A stretch of 64,000 nucleotides of DNA from an uncultured Marmoricola sp. (GTDB taxonomy: Bacteria > Actinomycetota > Actinomycetes > Propionibacteriales > Nocardioidaceae): the NCBI GenBank assembly GCA_964600765.1, contig CAZRKI010000004.1, positions 11,162 through 75,161 of the forward strand, in the 5' to 3' direction. The notes below the pieces were generated by a model. That model had not been told where the DNA came from, made no database searches, and saw nothing but the letters and a program-made list of their open reading frames with translations. The translations under genes and the position numbers were made by a program. Below are positions 29,230 to 41,785 of the stretch, piece by piece. How positions within the stretch are numbered: position 1 is the stretch's first letter; each line of letters opens with the position of its first letter.

Positions 29230-31041
29230 GTGTCTGCACCTGATCTGATCGAGTCGATTCGGGTCGTGGCCGTGGTGGTTACCTGGAATCGGCGGGCCCT
29301 GGTTGAGGAGTGCTTGGCTGCCCTGGCTGCCCAGACACACCGGCCTGCGGCGGTGGTGATCGTGGACAACGACTCCGATGACGGCACCGCTGAGTTCCTG
29401 GACGCACAGGCATCTGATTGGTTGCAGGTGGTCCACCTGTCCAGCAATACCGGAGGTGCTGGTGGTTTTGCGGCCGGCACCCAGTTGGCACTGGGTCATT
29501 CTCCGGACCTGATCTGGCTCCTGGACGATGACACCATCCCAACGCAGACCGCTGCCGGGGAACTGGTCACCGCCTGGGCCAGCTACGCGCCTGACGTCGC
29601 AGATCGTCCAGCAGTGCTGGCCAGCAGGGTGGTCTGGACGGATGGCCGCGATCATCCGATGAACACGCCCAGGGCCAAACCCGGTGCCCGGCCTGCGGAG
29701 CTTCAGGCAGCCGGGGCTGTGGGGGCAATTCCGGTCAGGTCAGCCTCATTTGTATCCATCATGTGTGCTGCCGACGTGGTCCGCGAACGGGGCCTCCCGA
29801 TTGCTGACTATTTCCTGTGGAATGACGACTTCGAGTACTCCACCAGGTTGATTCGGGGTGGGGTGGGGTTGTACTGCCCACGAAGTGTGGTGGTGCACAA
29901 GACCAGGGCATTTGGGTCCACCGACGCCGATCCGGGTGAGCGCTTCTTCTTCGAGGTGCGCAACAAGATCTGGCTTTTCGGTAGGGCCACCAGCCTGGGA
30001 CCGACGGAGAAGGCGCTCTATGGTGGCTCGACGCTGCGACGTTGGGCCCGCACGGTTGCCGGTTCCAGCGATCGCCGCACCTTGTTGCGTGCGGGTTGGC
30101 GGGGTCTCAAGGAGGGATTTCGAAGATCCCCGCGACCAAATGCTGAAGTGCTGGGCGAGGCCGGTTTCCGGGCCTACCCCAGAGAGCCTGATGGCTCGTC
30201 GGTACCCGCACCATTCAGTCTGCTGATCAGCACCTATGCAAAGGATGTGCCGGAGTACCTGATCACCGCCTTTGAATCCTCTGTTCGGGACCAAACCCGA
30301 CCGCCAGCAGAAGTGGTGCTGGTCCAGGATGGACCAGTCCCTGAGGAACTGAGTCGGGTGATTGCGGGTCTGGTCGCCGACAGTCCGGTGCCCGTCGTAC
30401 ATCTTGAGTTGGGGGAGAACCGGGGCCTGGGGCCAGCCCTTGATGCCGGACTGGCTGCTGCCTCGCACGAGATCGTGGCCCGAATGGATGCCGATGACAT
30501 CTGTGTTCCTGATCGCTTCGCCAAACAGGTTCCGCTGATCGAACAGGGTGCTGACCTGGTGGGCTCCGGGCTCTATGAATTCGGTCGGGACCAATACGAC
30601 ATCGTTGGTCGGCGAACGCCTCCGGTTTCGGCTTCCGAGATCCGTCGGGTGATCAAGTTCCGTGATCCGTTCAACCACCCCACGATCGTTTACCGCAAGA
30701 GCGCGGTGATCGCAGCTGGTGGTTACTGTGACCTGGCCCTGCTTGAGGACTATTTGTTGTTCACCCGGATGGTGACCAGCGGTGCCGAGCCAGCGAACCT
30801 GGCTGAACCCCTGGTTTATTACCGGGTTGGAGCCGGGGCCTACGCCCGCCGTGGGGGCAAGGCTCTGTTCAAATCAGAACTCGCCCTGCAACGGCGATTC
30901 CGTCGGCTGGGGATCACCACGCGTTGGGAGTACCTGCGCAACGTGGGCGTGCGGGCCGGATATCGCCTGATCCCGGAATCCCTGCGAAAAGCGGCATACC
31001 GGAAGTTGCTGGCAAATCGCAGCGATGCCCCAACGGGATGA
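29230..31041 (+). CDS. Two-domain GT2 glycosyltransferase: GlfT1-like N-terminal domain fused to an AmsE/WbbD-like C-terminal domain
   Basis: N-terminal: VVVTWNR, NTGGAGGF, WLLDDD, ASFVS, FLWNDDFEY. C-terminal: FSLLISTY, VLVQDGP, ARMDADD, FNHPT, EDYLL. Confidence 0.85.
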   Translation: MSAPDLIESIRVVAVVVTWNRRALVEECLAALAAQTHRPAAVVIVDNDSDDGTAEFLDAQASDWLQVVHLSSNTGGAGGFAAGTQLALGHSPDLIWLLDDDTIPTQTAAGELVTAWASYAPDVADRPAVLASRVVWTDGRDHPMNTPRAKPGARPAELQAAGAVGAIPVRSASFVSIMCAADVVRERGLPIADYFLWNDDFEYSTRLIRGGVGLYCPRSVVVHKTRAFGSTDADPGERFFFEVRNKIWLFGRATSLGPTEKALYGGSTLRRWARTVAGSSDRRTLLRAGWRGLKEGFRRSPRPNAEVLGEAGFRAYPREPDGSSVPAPFSLLISTYAKDVPEYLITAFESSVRDQTRPPAEVVLVQDGPVPEELSRVIAGLVADSPVPVVHLELGENRGLGPALDAGLAAASHEIVARMDADDICVPDRFAKQVPLIEQGADLVGSGLYEFGRDQYDIVGRRTPPVSASEIRRVIKFRDPFNHPTIVYRKSAVIAAGGYCDLALLEDYLLFTRMVTSGAEPANLAEPLVYYRVGAGAYARRGGKALFKSELALQRRFRRLGITTRWEYLRNVGVRAGYRLIPESLRKAAYRKLLANRSDAPTG

Positions 31042-31084
31042 ATCCCAAATGTGACGCAGTGGACGCGCGCAGAAATCGCAGTAG

Positions 31085-34361
<3,277 letters not shown>

Positions 34362-34362
<1 letters not shown>

Positions 34363-35438
34363 TGGCTCGGGCTGCAAACAAGCGCAACGGCGCACCGACG
34401 GACGAGAAGGGGCGTCGCAAGAACGCTGCGCGGCGGGCCCGGGCGCTGGCCAACCGCAAGGCGGATTCGATGCCGGTGGCCCCCGCCATGGCTGGTCCGC
34501 AGGTGGAGCGTCAGGTGAACGCCGAATTGGTGCCACCCTCACCCAAGGGCGGCCTACTTGAAGTGCTCTCGCGTCCCTACCTGCTCAGGCTGATCACCCA
34601 GCGAGAACTCGCCGCCCAATACGCCGGGTCCATGCTGGGATTGTTGTGGTCTTATGTGCAACCGGCATTGCGCTTTGTGACCTATTACATGTTGATGTCA
34701 CTACTGCGGGTGCACGACAGCATGCCCAACTTCGCCCTCCACCTATTCACTGGCATGGTGGTGGTGCACTATTTTGGGGAAACCTGGAATGGTTCCACCA
34801 GATCCATCTGGCAGAACCGCCCTCTGGTCCTGAAGATGCGGGTCCCTCGCGAAACCTTCCCGGTTGCCGCAATGGTGGTCGCGGCGATTCATACCTTCCC
34901 CCAACTGGTTGTCTTGTTGGTGGCCGCGATTGCAGTTGGTTGGAGCCCGGACTGGGTGGGATTTGGCTATGCCGGACTCGGACTCCTGGTTTTGGTGAGC
35001 TTTTCGGCGTCACTGGGGTTGATCTTCTCCGCACTGAACGCGATGTACAAGGACTTCCAGAACATCGTGGCCACCCTGATGCAGTTCATGCACTTCCTGG
35101 TCCCGATGATGTATCCCTTCAGTCTGATCTACAAGATGAAGGAATCCAATCCAATCCTCTATGAGGTGTATCTGGCCAACCCGGTGACCCAGTCAGTGTT
35201 GATGTTCCAACGCATGTTCTGGTATCCGACCATCGACAATGCAGATACCAAGATGGCCTGGTGTGGTTACCTCAAGGAACGCGACCCAGCGGCTTTTACC
35301 AGTTGCCAGATCCCGGTAGAATTTCCACCGGACATGTTGGTGCGCGGTTTGATCACACTGGGCCTGAGCCTGATTCTGCTTTGGCTGGCGCAGAGATTCT
35401 TCAAGAAATTCGAGAACAAGTTCCCGGAGCGACTCTAG
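34362..35438 (+). CDS. wzm: ABC-2 polysaccharide exporter permease
   Basis: RELAAQYAGSMLGLLWSYVQP and NPVTQSV motifs; six-TM pattern; TGATG overlap with glfT2. Confidence 0.92.
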
Positions 35439-36215
35439 ATGGCTACTTCAATCGTGGTGGAGAACTGCACCAAGGAATTCACTCTCTACTATCACCGCAC
35501 CATGAAGGCGATGGCCACAGCGGCCATTCGCGGTCTGCCCCTGCGGGAACGATTCACCGCCCTCAATGACGTTTCCTTCACCGTGGAGCAGGGGGAGTCG
35601 GTAGGGTTGATGGGCCTCAACGGCTCTGGCAAGAGCACTTTGCTTACCCTGATCAACGGAGTGATGACCCCGGACAAGGGCCGGATCCTGACCCGGGGTC
35701 GGATTGCTGGGCTGATCGCTACCGGCGCGGGGTTCCATCCGCAGATGACTGGTCGGGAGAATCTCTACCTGAACGGCGCAATCCTTGGGATGAGCCAGAA
35801 CGAGATCAAGCGAAAGTTCGATGCGATCGTCGATTTCGCCGACATTGGTAGATTCCTCGACACCCCGGTTTCGCACTATTCCTCGGGAATGTATGCCCGT
35901 CTGGGCTTCTCCATTGCGATCCATGTGGATGCCGATATCTTCCTGGCCGACGAAGTACTTGCCGTTGGTGACAAGCCGTTCAAGCAAAAGTGCGTCACCA
36001 AGATGCAGGAGATCCGTCAGCAGGGGACCACGATTTTCTATGTCAGTCACGCCGCCGCCTCAGTGCGTTCGATGTGTGACCGGGTTTTGTGTCTGGAATC
36101 GGGAAACCTGAACTTTGATGGACCGGTTGATGAGGGCATTCGGTACCTTCAGTACGACGAGGCTGAAGAGGGCGTCGAAGCGACCATCGATGCCGAATTG
36201 GGTGCAGATATCTAA
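35439..36215 (+). CDS. wzt: ABC polysaccharide exporter ATPase without a C-terminal carbohydrate-binding domain
   Basis: GLNGSGKST, YSSGMYARLGF, ADEVLAVGD and VSH motifs; 258 aa. Confidence 0.94.
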   Translation: MATSIVVENCTKEFTLYYHRTMKAMATAAIRGLPLRERFTALNDVSFTVEQGESVGLMGLNGSGKSTLLTLINGVMTPDKGRILTRGRIAGLIATGAGFHPQMTGRENLYLNGAILGMSQNEIKRKFDAIVDFADIGRFLDTPVSHYSSGMYARLGFSIAIHVDADIFLADEVLAVGDKPFKQKCVTKMQEIRQQGTTIFYVSHAAASVRSMCDRVLCLESGNLNFDGPVDEGIRYLQYDEAEEGVEATIDAELGADI

Positions 36216-36229
36216 AACCACTCGCCGCG

Positions 36230-36390
36230 GATATCCAGTCGATAAACTGCCGATAAATCGCTGGCTCCGAAATTGAATTACATGTTTGTAATTCACTAAT
36301 TACATGTTTGTAATTAGTGAAAACCGCTTGCCAATACCAGTGTGACTAATGTGAAACTTGGTACTCGTGTGAATTACATCCCCGATCACA
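36230..36390. promoter_or_regulatory. AT-rich regulatory region with two tandem palindromic sites AATTACATGTTTGTAATT (36276-36293 and 36298-36315) and a phased GATA(T/A) triplet (36230, 36241, 36252)
   Basis: Exact 18-bp direct repeat with 22-bp period. The second copy extends to 12-bp arms (TCACTAATTACA-TGTT-TGTAATTAGTGA, 36293-36320). Confidence 0.7.
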
Positions 36391-36403
36391 TGGAGCCAAG
36401 TAA

Positions 36404-39355
36404 ATGCGTCAGAAACGCTCGCGGTACGTCGCCCTTTGTCAGCAATTCCTGGTCGTTGGGACCGTTGGAGTCCTGGGAGCCACAGCTGCTGGGATCCACA
36501 CCCTGGAGATTGTCCCGGCCTCCCCGGAGGTTTCGGCCAGCCAACTGCGCACAGCAGTGAGACAACAACAGGCCACCGTTGATGTCGCCCCAGTGAGCCC
36601 GCGAGTGGAGGAGGTTGCCGTCACGGGGATAGACGGCAAGGCAGTTGCGGCTGCCCCCTCGGCTGGTGCTCCTGGGGCGACATCGACGGGTACCCCTCAG
36701 CCAACCGACGCCAATCGGCTGAGTGCCCCCCGGGATGGGGCCCAGGATTCCGACAGCTTGCAGTTGGCCGCCCAGAGCGAGCCGCAGCCAGTCCATGGAT
36801 ATGGCACCGTGGGAGTCACCTGGCAGCATGGCGTGGAATTGTCCGAGGACGAGATCTCCGTCGAGGTGCGCACCCAGTCCGGTGGGAATTGGTCGGATTG
36901 GCAGCCGGTCAGCTATCACGACGATCATGGGCCGGATCTGGCCGATGCTGGGGAGAACTCCTCACGGGAGCGGCCCGGCACCGATGCCATCGTGGTTGGT
37001 GATGTCGACCAGGTTCAGATGCGAGCCCTGACAGCTGATGGCGTGGCTCCTGCTGATCTCAGGCTGGCTGTGATCGATCCGGGTGTGGGTCGCACTGAGA
37101 CCGAGAAACCAGCCATCGACACCCGGGAACTGGCCAAGCCCAACTCACCCGCCACCGAGCAAGCGGCATCTGTTGCAGACCAGGTGAACGATGACCAGGG
37201 CTCTGATTCGGATCGAGCGGCACTGTCGGCGATGGCGGTGGCCCCGATGCCACAGATCTACTCCCGTGCCCAGTGGGGGGCAAATGAGAAAATGCGTGAT
37301 GCGTCCTCCCTGCGATATGGCACCATCCAGACCAGCTTCGTGCACCACACCGTCAATGCCAACAACTACTCCGAGGCCGACGTGCCCGCCCTGCTGCGCG
37401 GAATCTATGCCTACCACACCAAATCCCGGGGCTGGTCCGACATCGGTTACAACTTCCTGGTGGACCGCTTTGGTCGGATCTGGGAGGGCCGTTACGGTGG
37501 GATCGCGAAGTCGCCAGTGGGCGCTCACACCCTGGGATACAACGAGGTTTCCTTCGCCATGTCAGCGATCGGCAACTTCGACATAGCCCAACCCTCGCAG
37601 GCAATCGTCAACTCCTTTGCGGCCTTGTTCGCCTGGAAACTCTCCATGTACAACATCCCGGCCAGCGCAACCGGCCTTCGGGTCAAGGGCAAGACCTTCC
37701 AGGCCATCAATGGTCACCGTGATGCAGGTTCCACTGCATGTCCCGGGAAATATCTGTATGCCAAGCTTCCTGAGATCCGGGCTCTGGCCACGGCGATCCA
37801 GAACGGCGGGCAGGTGACCCCACCGACTCCGCCGATGCCGACCGTGCCATTCACCTCACCAACCCAGGCCCCAGCGCCGGCTGCGCCCCAACCGGCACTC
37901 TCCAACCCACGGGCGTTCAGTCTCAATGGAACCGGGGAGGCCAGCGTCGTGACGCTTTCCGCCAACGGGGACATCAGGGTGATCCCCACCATGGGGCAGA
38001 TGGGTTTCCGGGCCCCAACCAGTTCCCGTTCGGGAGCGGCTACCGGAGGGTTGAGCGCCTACCTGGGTGATGTAACCGGGGATCGAATCGGGGATGTCCT
38101 GACCCTGCGCCGTGGTACCGGGAGGGTATACCGGGGCTACTCCAACGGCACCTTTGCCAGGGCCGGCAAGGCTCGGACCAGGGCCTTCCGCGGTTCCAAC
38201 CTGTTGATCGGGGCAGGGGACTGGAATGGAGACGGTCGGATGGATGTGATCACCCGATCCGGTGCCACCCTGAAGCTCTTCCTTGGCCGGCCCAGAATGC
38301 GTTGGTCCAAACCGATCGTGCTTTCAGCTGATTTCTCTGCCTACTCCAGCATCGCCGTGCCGGGGGATCTGAATGGAGATGGCAGCCGCGATCTGGTGGC
38401 ACTTGGCCACGATGGCGGGCTGTACCTGTTCGCTTCCACTGGACTCCACATCCGGGGGGCAGTGCTGATCACCAGGGTGCCCGGTGTTAACGGGATCGCC
38501 GGTGGTGGTGATCTGACTGGTGATGGGCACCCCGATGTGGTGCTGCGCAGTGGACCCAACGTATCGGTGCTCACTGGCCTGGGAGCAGGCCGGTTCGGCC
38601 CGACACTGGGGCCATTCGTTGGCTATGGCGGGATCAGACAGTTGAGCGTGGCCCAGTTGGCCAGTAGCCGCTTTGCTGGTTTGACCGGTATTTCTGGTAG
38701 GCGTTACCTGAGTCTGGCCAACAAGGGCACCCAGAACATTGGTTCGATGCTGCCGGGCAATTTGCGTCGGCCTGGGGCCACACGTGTGCTCAACGTTGGT
38801 GACTGGAACCGTGATGGCAACGGCGACCTGATCACGGTGGAGAACAACGGAGACACCCTGGTCTTCCACCCCGGACTGGGCAATGGTTCCTTTGGAGCAT
38901 CGTCGGTGATGAGTGCAGGTTGGCAGCAGGTTTCCGGACTGACTGTGGTTGGGGACGTGACCGGGGATGGCAAACCGGATCTGGTCGGCCGTACCTCAGC
39001 GGGAACCGTGATCTTCCCCGGCAACGGGGCATCGGGCTTCACCGGTTCACGGTTGGCTCCGGCAAACATGAAGACCTTCAACTCAGTCGGTCCCGGACTC
39101 TGGGATGCCAGTGCCTGGAATGTGCTCACCGGAACCAGTAGCGGAGTTGTGCCCAGGGTGGGTACAGGTGTCGCGAACGGTTCTCGCTACGACGTCATTG
39201 TGGGCTCTGGGGATCTGGATGGGGATGGCCTGGCTGATGTGATGGCCAGGGATAAGACGAGTGGCACTCTTTGGTTGTTGCCGGGTGCGACTGGTGGCAT
39301 CGGTACTCCCAGGCTGCTGGCTGAAGGCCTGGGTGGTTACCGCAGCATAGGTTAA
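36404..39355 (+). CDS. N-acetylmuramoyl-L-alanine amidase (Amidase_2/PGRP) with C-terminal FG-GAP/VCBS repeats
   Basis: FVHHT, GWSDIGYNFLVD, GAHT and GHRDAGSTACPG zinc ligands; seven GDxxxDGxxD-type repeats; N-terminal hydrophobic segment. Confidence 0.92.
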   Translation: MRQKRSRYVALCQQFLVVGTVGVLGATAAGIHTLEIVPASPEVSASQLRTAVRQQQATVDVAPVSPRVEEVAVTGIDGKAVAAAPSAGAPGATSTGTPQPTDANRLSAPRDGAQDSDSLQLAAQSEPQPVHGYGTVGVTWQHGVELSEDEISVEVRTQSGGNWSDWQPVSYHDDHGPDLADAGENSSRERPGTDAIVVGDVDQVQMRALTADGVAPADLRLAVIDPGVGRTETEKPAIDTRELAKPNSPATEQAASVADQVNDDQGSDSDRAALSAMAVAPMPQIYSRAQWGANEKMRDASSLRYGTIQTSFVHHTVNANNYSEADVPALLRGIYAYHTKSRGWSDIGYNFLVDRFGRIWEGRYGGIAKSPVGAHTLGYNEVSFAMSAIGNFDIAQPSQAIVNSFAALFAWKLSMYNIPASATGLRVKGKTFQAINGHRDAGSTACPGKYLYAKLPEIRALATAIQNGGQVTPPTPPMPTVPFTSPTQAPAPAAPQPALSNPRAFSLNGTGEASVVTLSANGDIRVIPTMGQMGFRAPTSSRSGAATGGLSAYLGDVTGDRIGDVLTLRRGTGRVYRGYSNGTFARAGKARTRAFRGSNLLIGAGDWNGDGRMDVITRSGATLKLFLGRPRMRWSKPIVLSADFSAYSSIAVPGDLNGDGSRDLVALGHDGGLYLFASTGLHIRGAVLITRVPGVNGIAGGGDLTGDGHPDVVLRSGPNVSVLTGLGAGRFGPTLGPFVGYGGIRQLSVAQLASSRFAGLTGISGRRYLSLANKGTQNIGSMLPGNLRRPGATRVLNVGDWNRDGNGDLITVENNGDTLVFHPGLGNGSFGASSVMSAGWQQVSGLTVVGDVTGDGKPDLVGRTSAGTVIFPGNGASGFTGSRLAPANMKTFNSVGPGLWDASAWNVLTGTSSGVVPRVGTGVANGSRYDVIVGSGDLDGDGLADVMARDKTSGTLWLLPGATGGIGTPRLLAEGLGGYRSIG

Positions 39356-39993
39356 TCGGGGCGGTCAGTCGCCCGGATCGAGTCTGTGGCCTTCTCGGTG
39401 GCCATGATGGCCGCCCAGTTGGTGAGATCCGGGTTCCTGACCAACACCATTGAGCCCCCACCCCGGAGTAGGTCCAGGAACAGGCCGGGATGAGTTGCTG
39501 GATCGAGATCGGTGATCACCCGTGCTTCTGATGGGCTCTGGCAGGTCACCTGGGTGGCATCGTCCGGGTTGCCCAGGAAAACATCTGGTTGGCTGGGCCA
39601 AAGGCTCCCGAAATCATGTGCCCTGATCGGTTCCGGGAAAGCTAGTGCAAAGGGATGGAAAGAACAGGCAATTGCCTGGGGATCGGCTGCGCACTCCGGG
39701 CCACCGATGAGCAACCCGGTGCTCTCCCCGGATGCCGATACCGTTGCGCCGCAAAGCCAGGTGGCACCCAGGAGGATCGGGGTGAGCCAGTGGGTGCCGG
39801 TGGTCAATCTGATCCGGTCACCTGGCTCGGTGTCGAAGTCCTCCAGAAGCACGTTCGCGGTCTTGGCCACCCAGTTCGCATAGGTGGTCATGGAGAGTTC
39901 AGTGCGTTCCCCGGTGGCATCGTCATAGAAGGTGATCAGGGGATTGCCCGGAGCGGTACGCAGGCGGTCAGTCAGCAGATCAGAGAACCTCAC
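39352..39993 (-). CDS. TIGR03089-family protein (Rv3268-like, truncated acyl-CoA-synthetase-like fold)
   Basis: PLITFYDDATGERTELSMTTYANWVAKTANVL and GGSMVLVRN; syntenic position. GTG 39993 lies 7 nt after TAGCGT. Confidence 0.75.
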   Translation of the reverse strand: MRFSDLLTDRLRTAPGNPLITFYDDATGERTELSMTTYANWVAKTANVLLEDFDTEPGDRIRLTTGTHWLTPILLGATWLCGATVSASGESTGLLIGGPECAADPQAIACSFHPFALAFPEPIRAHDFGSLWPSQPDVFLGNPDDATQVTCQSPSEARVITDLDPATHPGLFLDLLRGGGSMVLVRNPDLTNWAAIMATEKATDSIRATDRPD

Positions 39994-40030
39994 CTTCCTG
40001 ACGCTAGCCGAGTAGGGAAAGATGCCTGCC

Positions 40031-41110
40031 ATGACCCTCGAACCAACGGCAGTGCTGAGCCAGCTATGGGCAGTCGTACCGGCAGGCGGAGCCGGGACCA
40101 GATTGTGGCCGCTCTCCCGGGCCAACAACCCGAAGTTCCTCCATGACCTGAGCGGAAGTGGGAGGTCATTGATCCAGGCAACCGTGGACCGATTGGTGCC
40201 GGTGGTGGGACAGCGGGTGCTGATCGTTACCGGTGCGGCGCATGAGGCCGCCGTACGAACTCAGCTACCAGAGGTGAGTGAGGTATTGGCCGAGCCATCA
40301 CCGCGCGATTCGATGGCCGCGATCGGCCTGGCCGCGGCAATCCTGGAACGACGTGACCCAGAAGCGATTCTGGGGTCCTTTGCGGCAGATCAGTTGATTG
40401 CCGACCAGGTGAAATTTGAGGCCTGTGTGCGCGAGGCGGCCCGGGTAGCCACCACCGGGCTGGTGGTGACCCTGGGCATCCAGCCAACCTATCCAGCCAC
40501 CGGATTTGGATACATCCATGCCGGTGCCCGGTTGCCTGGATTCGAGAGCGCGGTTGGGGTGCAGAAGTTCGTTGAGAAGCCGGATCGCGCCACCGCGCGG
40601 GCCTATCTGGACAGCGGTGAGTACCGCTGGAATGCCGGCATGTTCGTGGTGCAGGCGCGGGTATTGCTTGACCTCCTGGCCCTGAACCACCCCGAGTTGG
40701 CAGCCGGGCTGCGCCGGATCGCTGCCCATCCCGCGGAGTTGGATCAGATCTGGCCGGGATTGGAGAAGATCGCAATCGATCATGCAATAGCAGAGCCAGC
40801 AGCTGACCTGGGACGGGTGGCCATGGTGCCCGGAGAGTTCGCCTGGGAGGACATCGGTGACTTCGCGGCCCTGGCTGGCCTACAGCAGGGTACTGGACTG
40901 AGGGTGCTGGGTGATGATGCTTTGGTGCTCAGTCATGATTCCAGCGGCCTGGTCTGTTCTGCAGGGCGCACCGTTGCCGTGGTGGGGCTCAGCGATGTGG
41001 TGGTCGTTGACACCGAGGATGCGATCCTGGTGGCCTCGTTGGAGCACGCCCAGGAGGTCAAGAAGATCGTTGATCAGCTCAAGGCCCAGGGGCGTACGGA
41101 TCTGACCTGA
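40031..41110 (+). CDS. manC: Mannose-1-phosphate guanylyltransferase
   Basis: AGGAGTRLWPLSR, PKF, EPSPRDS, TGFGYI, FVEKPD, WNAGMF and WEDIG motifs. Start is 40022 or 40031. Confidence 0.93.
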   Translation: MTLEPTAVLSQLWAVVPAGGAGTRLWPLSRANNPKFLHDLSGSGRSLIQATVDRLVPVVGQRVLIVTGAAHEAAVRTQLPEVSEVLAEPSPRDSMAAIGLAAAILERRDPEAILGSFAADQLIADQVKFEACVREAARVATTGLVVTLGIQPTYPATGFGYIHAGARLPGFESAVGVQKFVEKPDRATARAYLDSGEYRWNAGMFVVQARVLLDLLALNHPELAAGLRRIAAHPAELDQIWPGLEKIAIDHAIAEPAADLGRVAMVPGEFAWEDIGDFAALAGLQQGTGLRVLGDDALVLSHDSSGLVCSAGRTVAVVGLSDVVVVDTEDAILVASLEHAQEVKKIVDQLKAQGRTDLT

Positions 41111-41785
41111 TCAGGCAGCGCCCGGTTCTGGTGCATCCAGTTTGGTGAATTCCTTACGGAATGAGTCCAGAACCTCACTGCTGGGCGCGGCACAGAACTG
41201 TCGTACGGCACGTTGGTCATCGGGTCCGGTCCAATGGGTCAGGGCCAGGTGTTTTCCGTCGGGGAGCGCGGCACCGTCGGTAGCATTCCAGGGCACCATC
41301 ATCAGGTAGTCATCCGGTTTCAGGGATGCGGCATAGGCCTTCAGATCCGAGTAGGCACGGGTGCCTGGCGTGATGGTCTCGTCGTACCAGACCAGGGTGT
41401 GCCCGTGCTCCAGGCTGTGCACCAGTTGCTCCACCGGTGGTCGGTCCTCACGGGTGTAGAAGTTGCGGATCTGGGGGCCATACAAGAAGTTGCCCCAGTG
41501 GGGGCCACTTGCAGGGGGCCCGTCTGGAAAGCTGAGTCGGGTGCCCTCCTTGCGGTGGTCACCACCCCCGGTCGCAGCGGATTTCTCAACCGGACCACAA
41601 CCGGCCTGGGCGGCAGAAACACCTACCGAATCGCCAGCCGTGATCTCCTTGTCATCCTGCCTGGATTGAGCCAGCAGGGCAGCGCCGATCACGGCAAGGA
41701 AAACCAACACCGACACCCCGAGGATCACGAACCCGCGCAATCGAGTGCTTGGCTGGGACGGGGATTCGGACTGGTCACGACTCAT
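41111..41785 (-). CDS. DUF3105-family membrane-anchored protein
   Basis: N-terminal TM; PPASGPHW, LVHSLEHG and ALTHW motifs. Confidence 0.78.
   Translation of the reverse strand: MSRDQSESPSQPSTRLRGFVILGVSVLVFLAVIGAALLAQSRQDDKEITAGDSVGVSAAQAGCGPVEKSAATGGGDHRKEGTRLSFPDGPPASGPHWGNFLYGPQIRNFYTREDRPPVEQLVHSLEHGHTLVWYDETITPGTRAYSDLKAYAASLKPDDYLMMVPWNATDGAALPDGKHLALTHWTGPDDQRAVRQFCAAPSSEVLDSFRKEFTKLDAPEPGAA

Noticed and set aside
36276-36315. 18-bp direct repeat considered as a mini CRISPR array or transposon end
   Set aside because: There are only two copies with a 4-bp gap and no cas or transposase gene; operator sites explain it better.
36341-36390. TGTGA and TCACA pentamers as a CRP/GlxR site
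   Set aside because: The spacing is not the required TGTGA-N6-TCACA.
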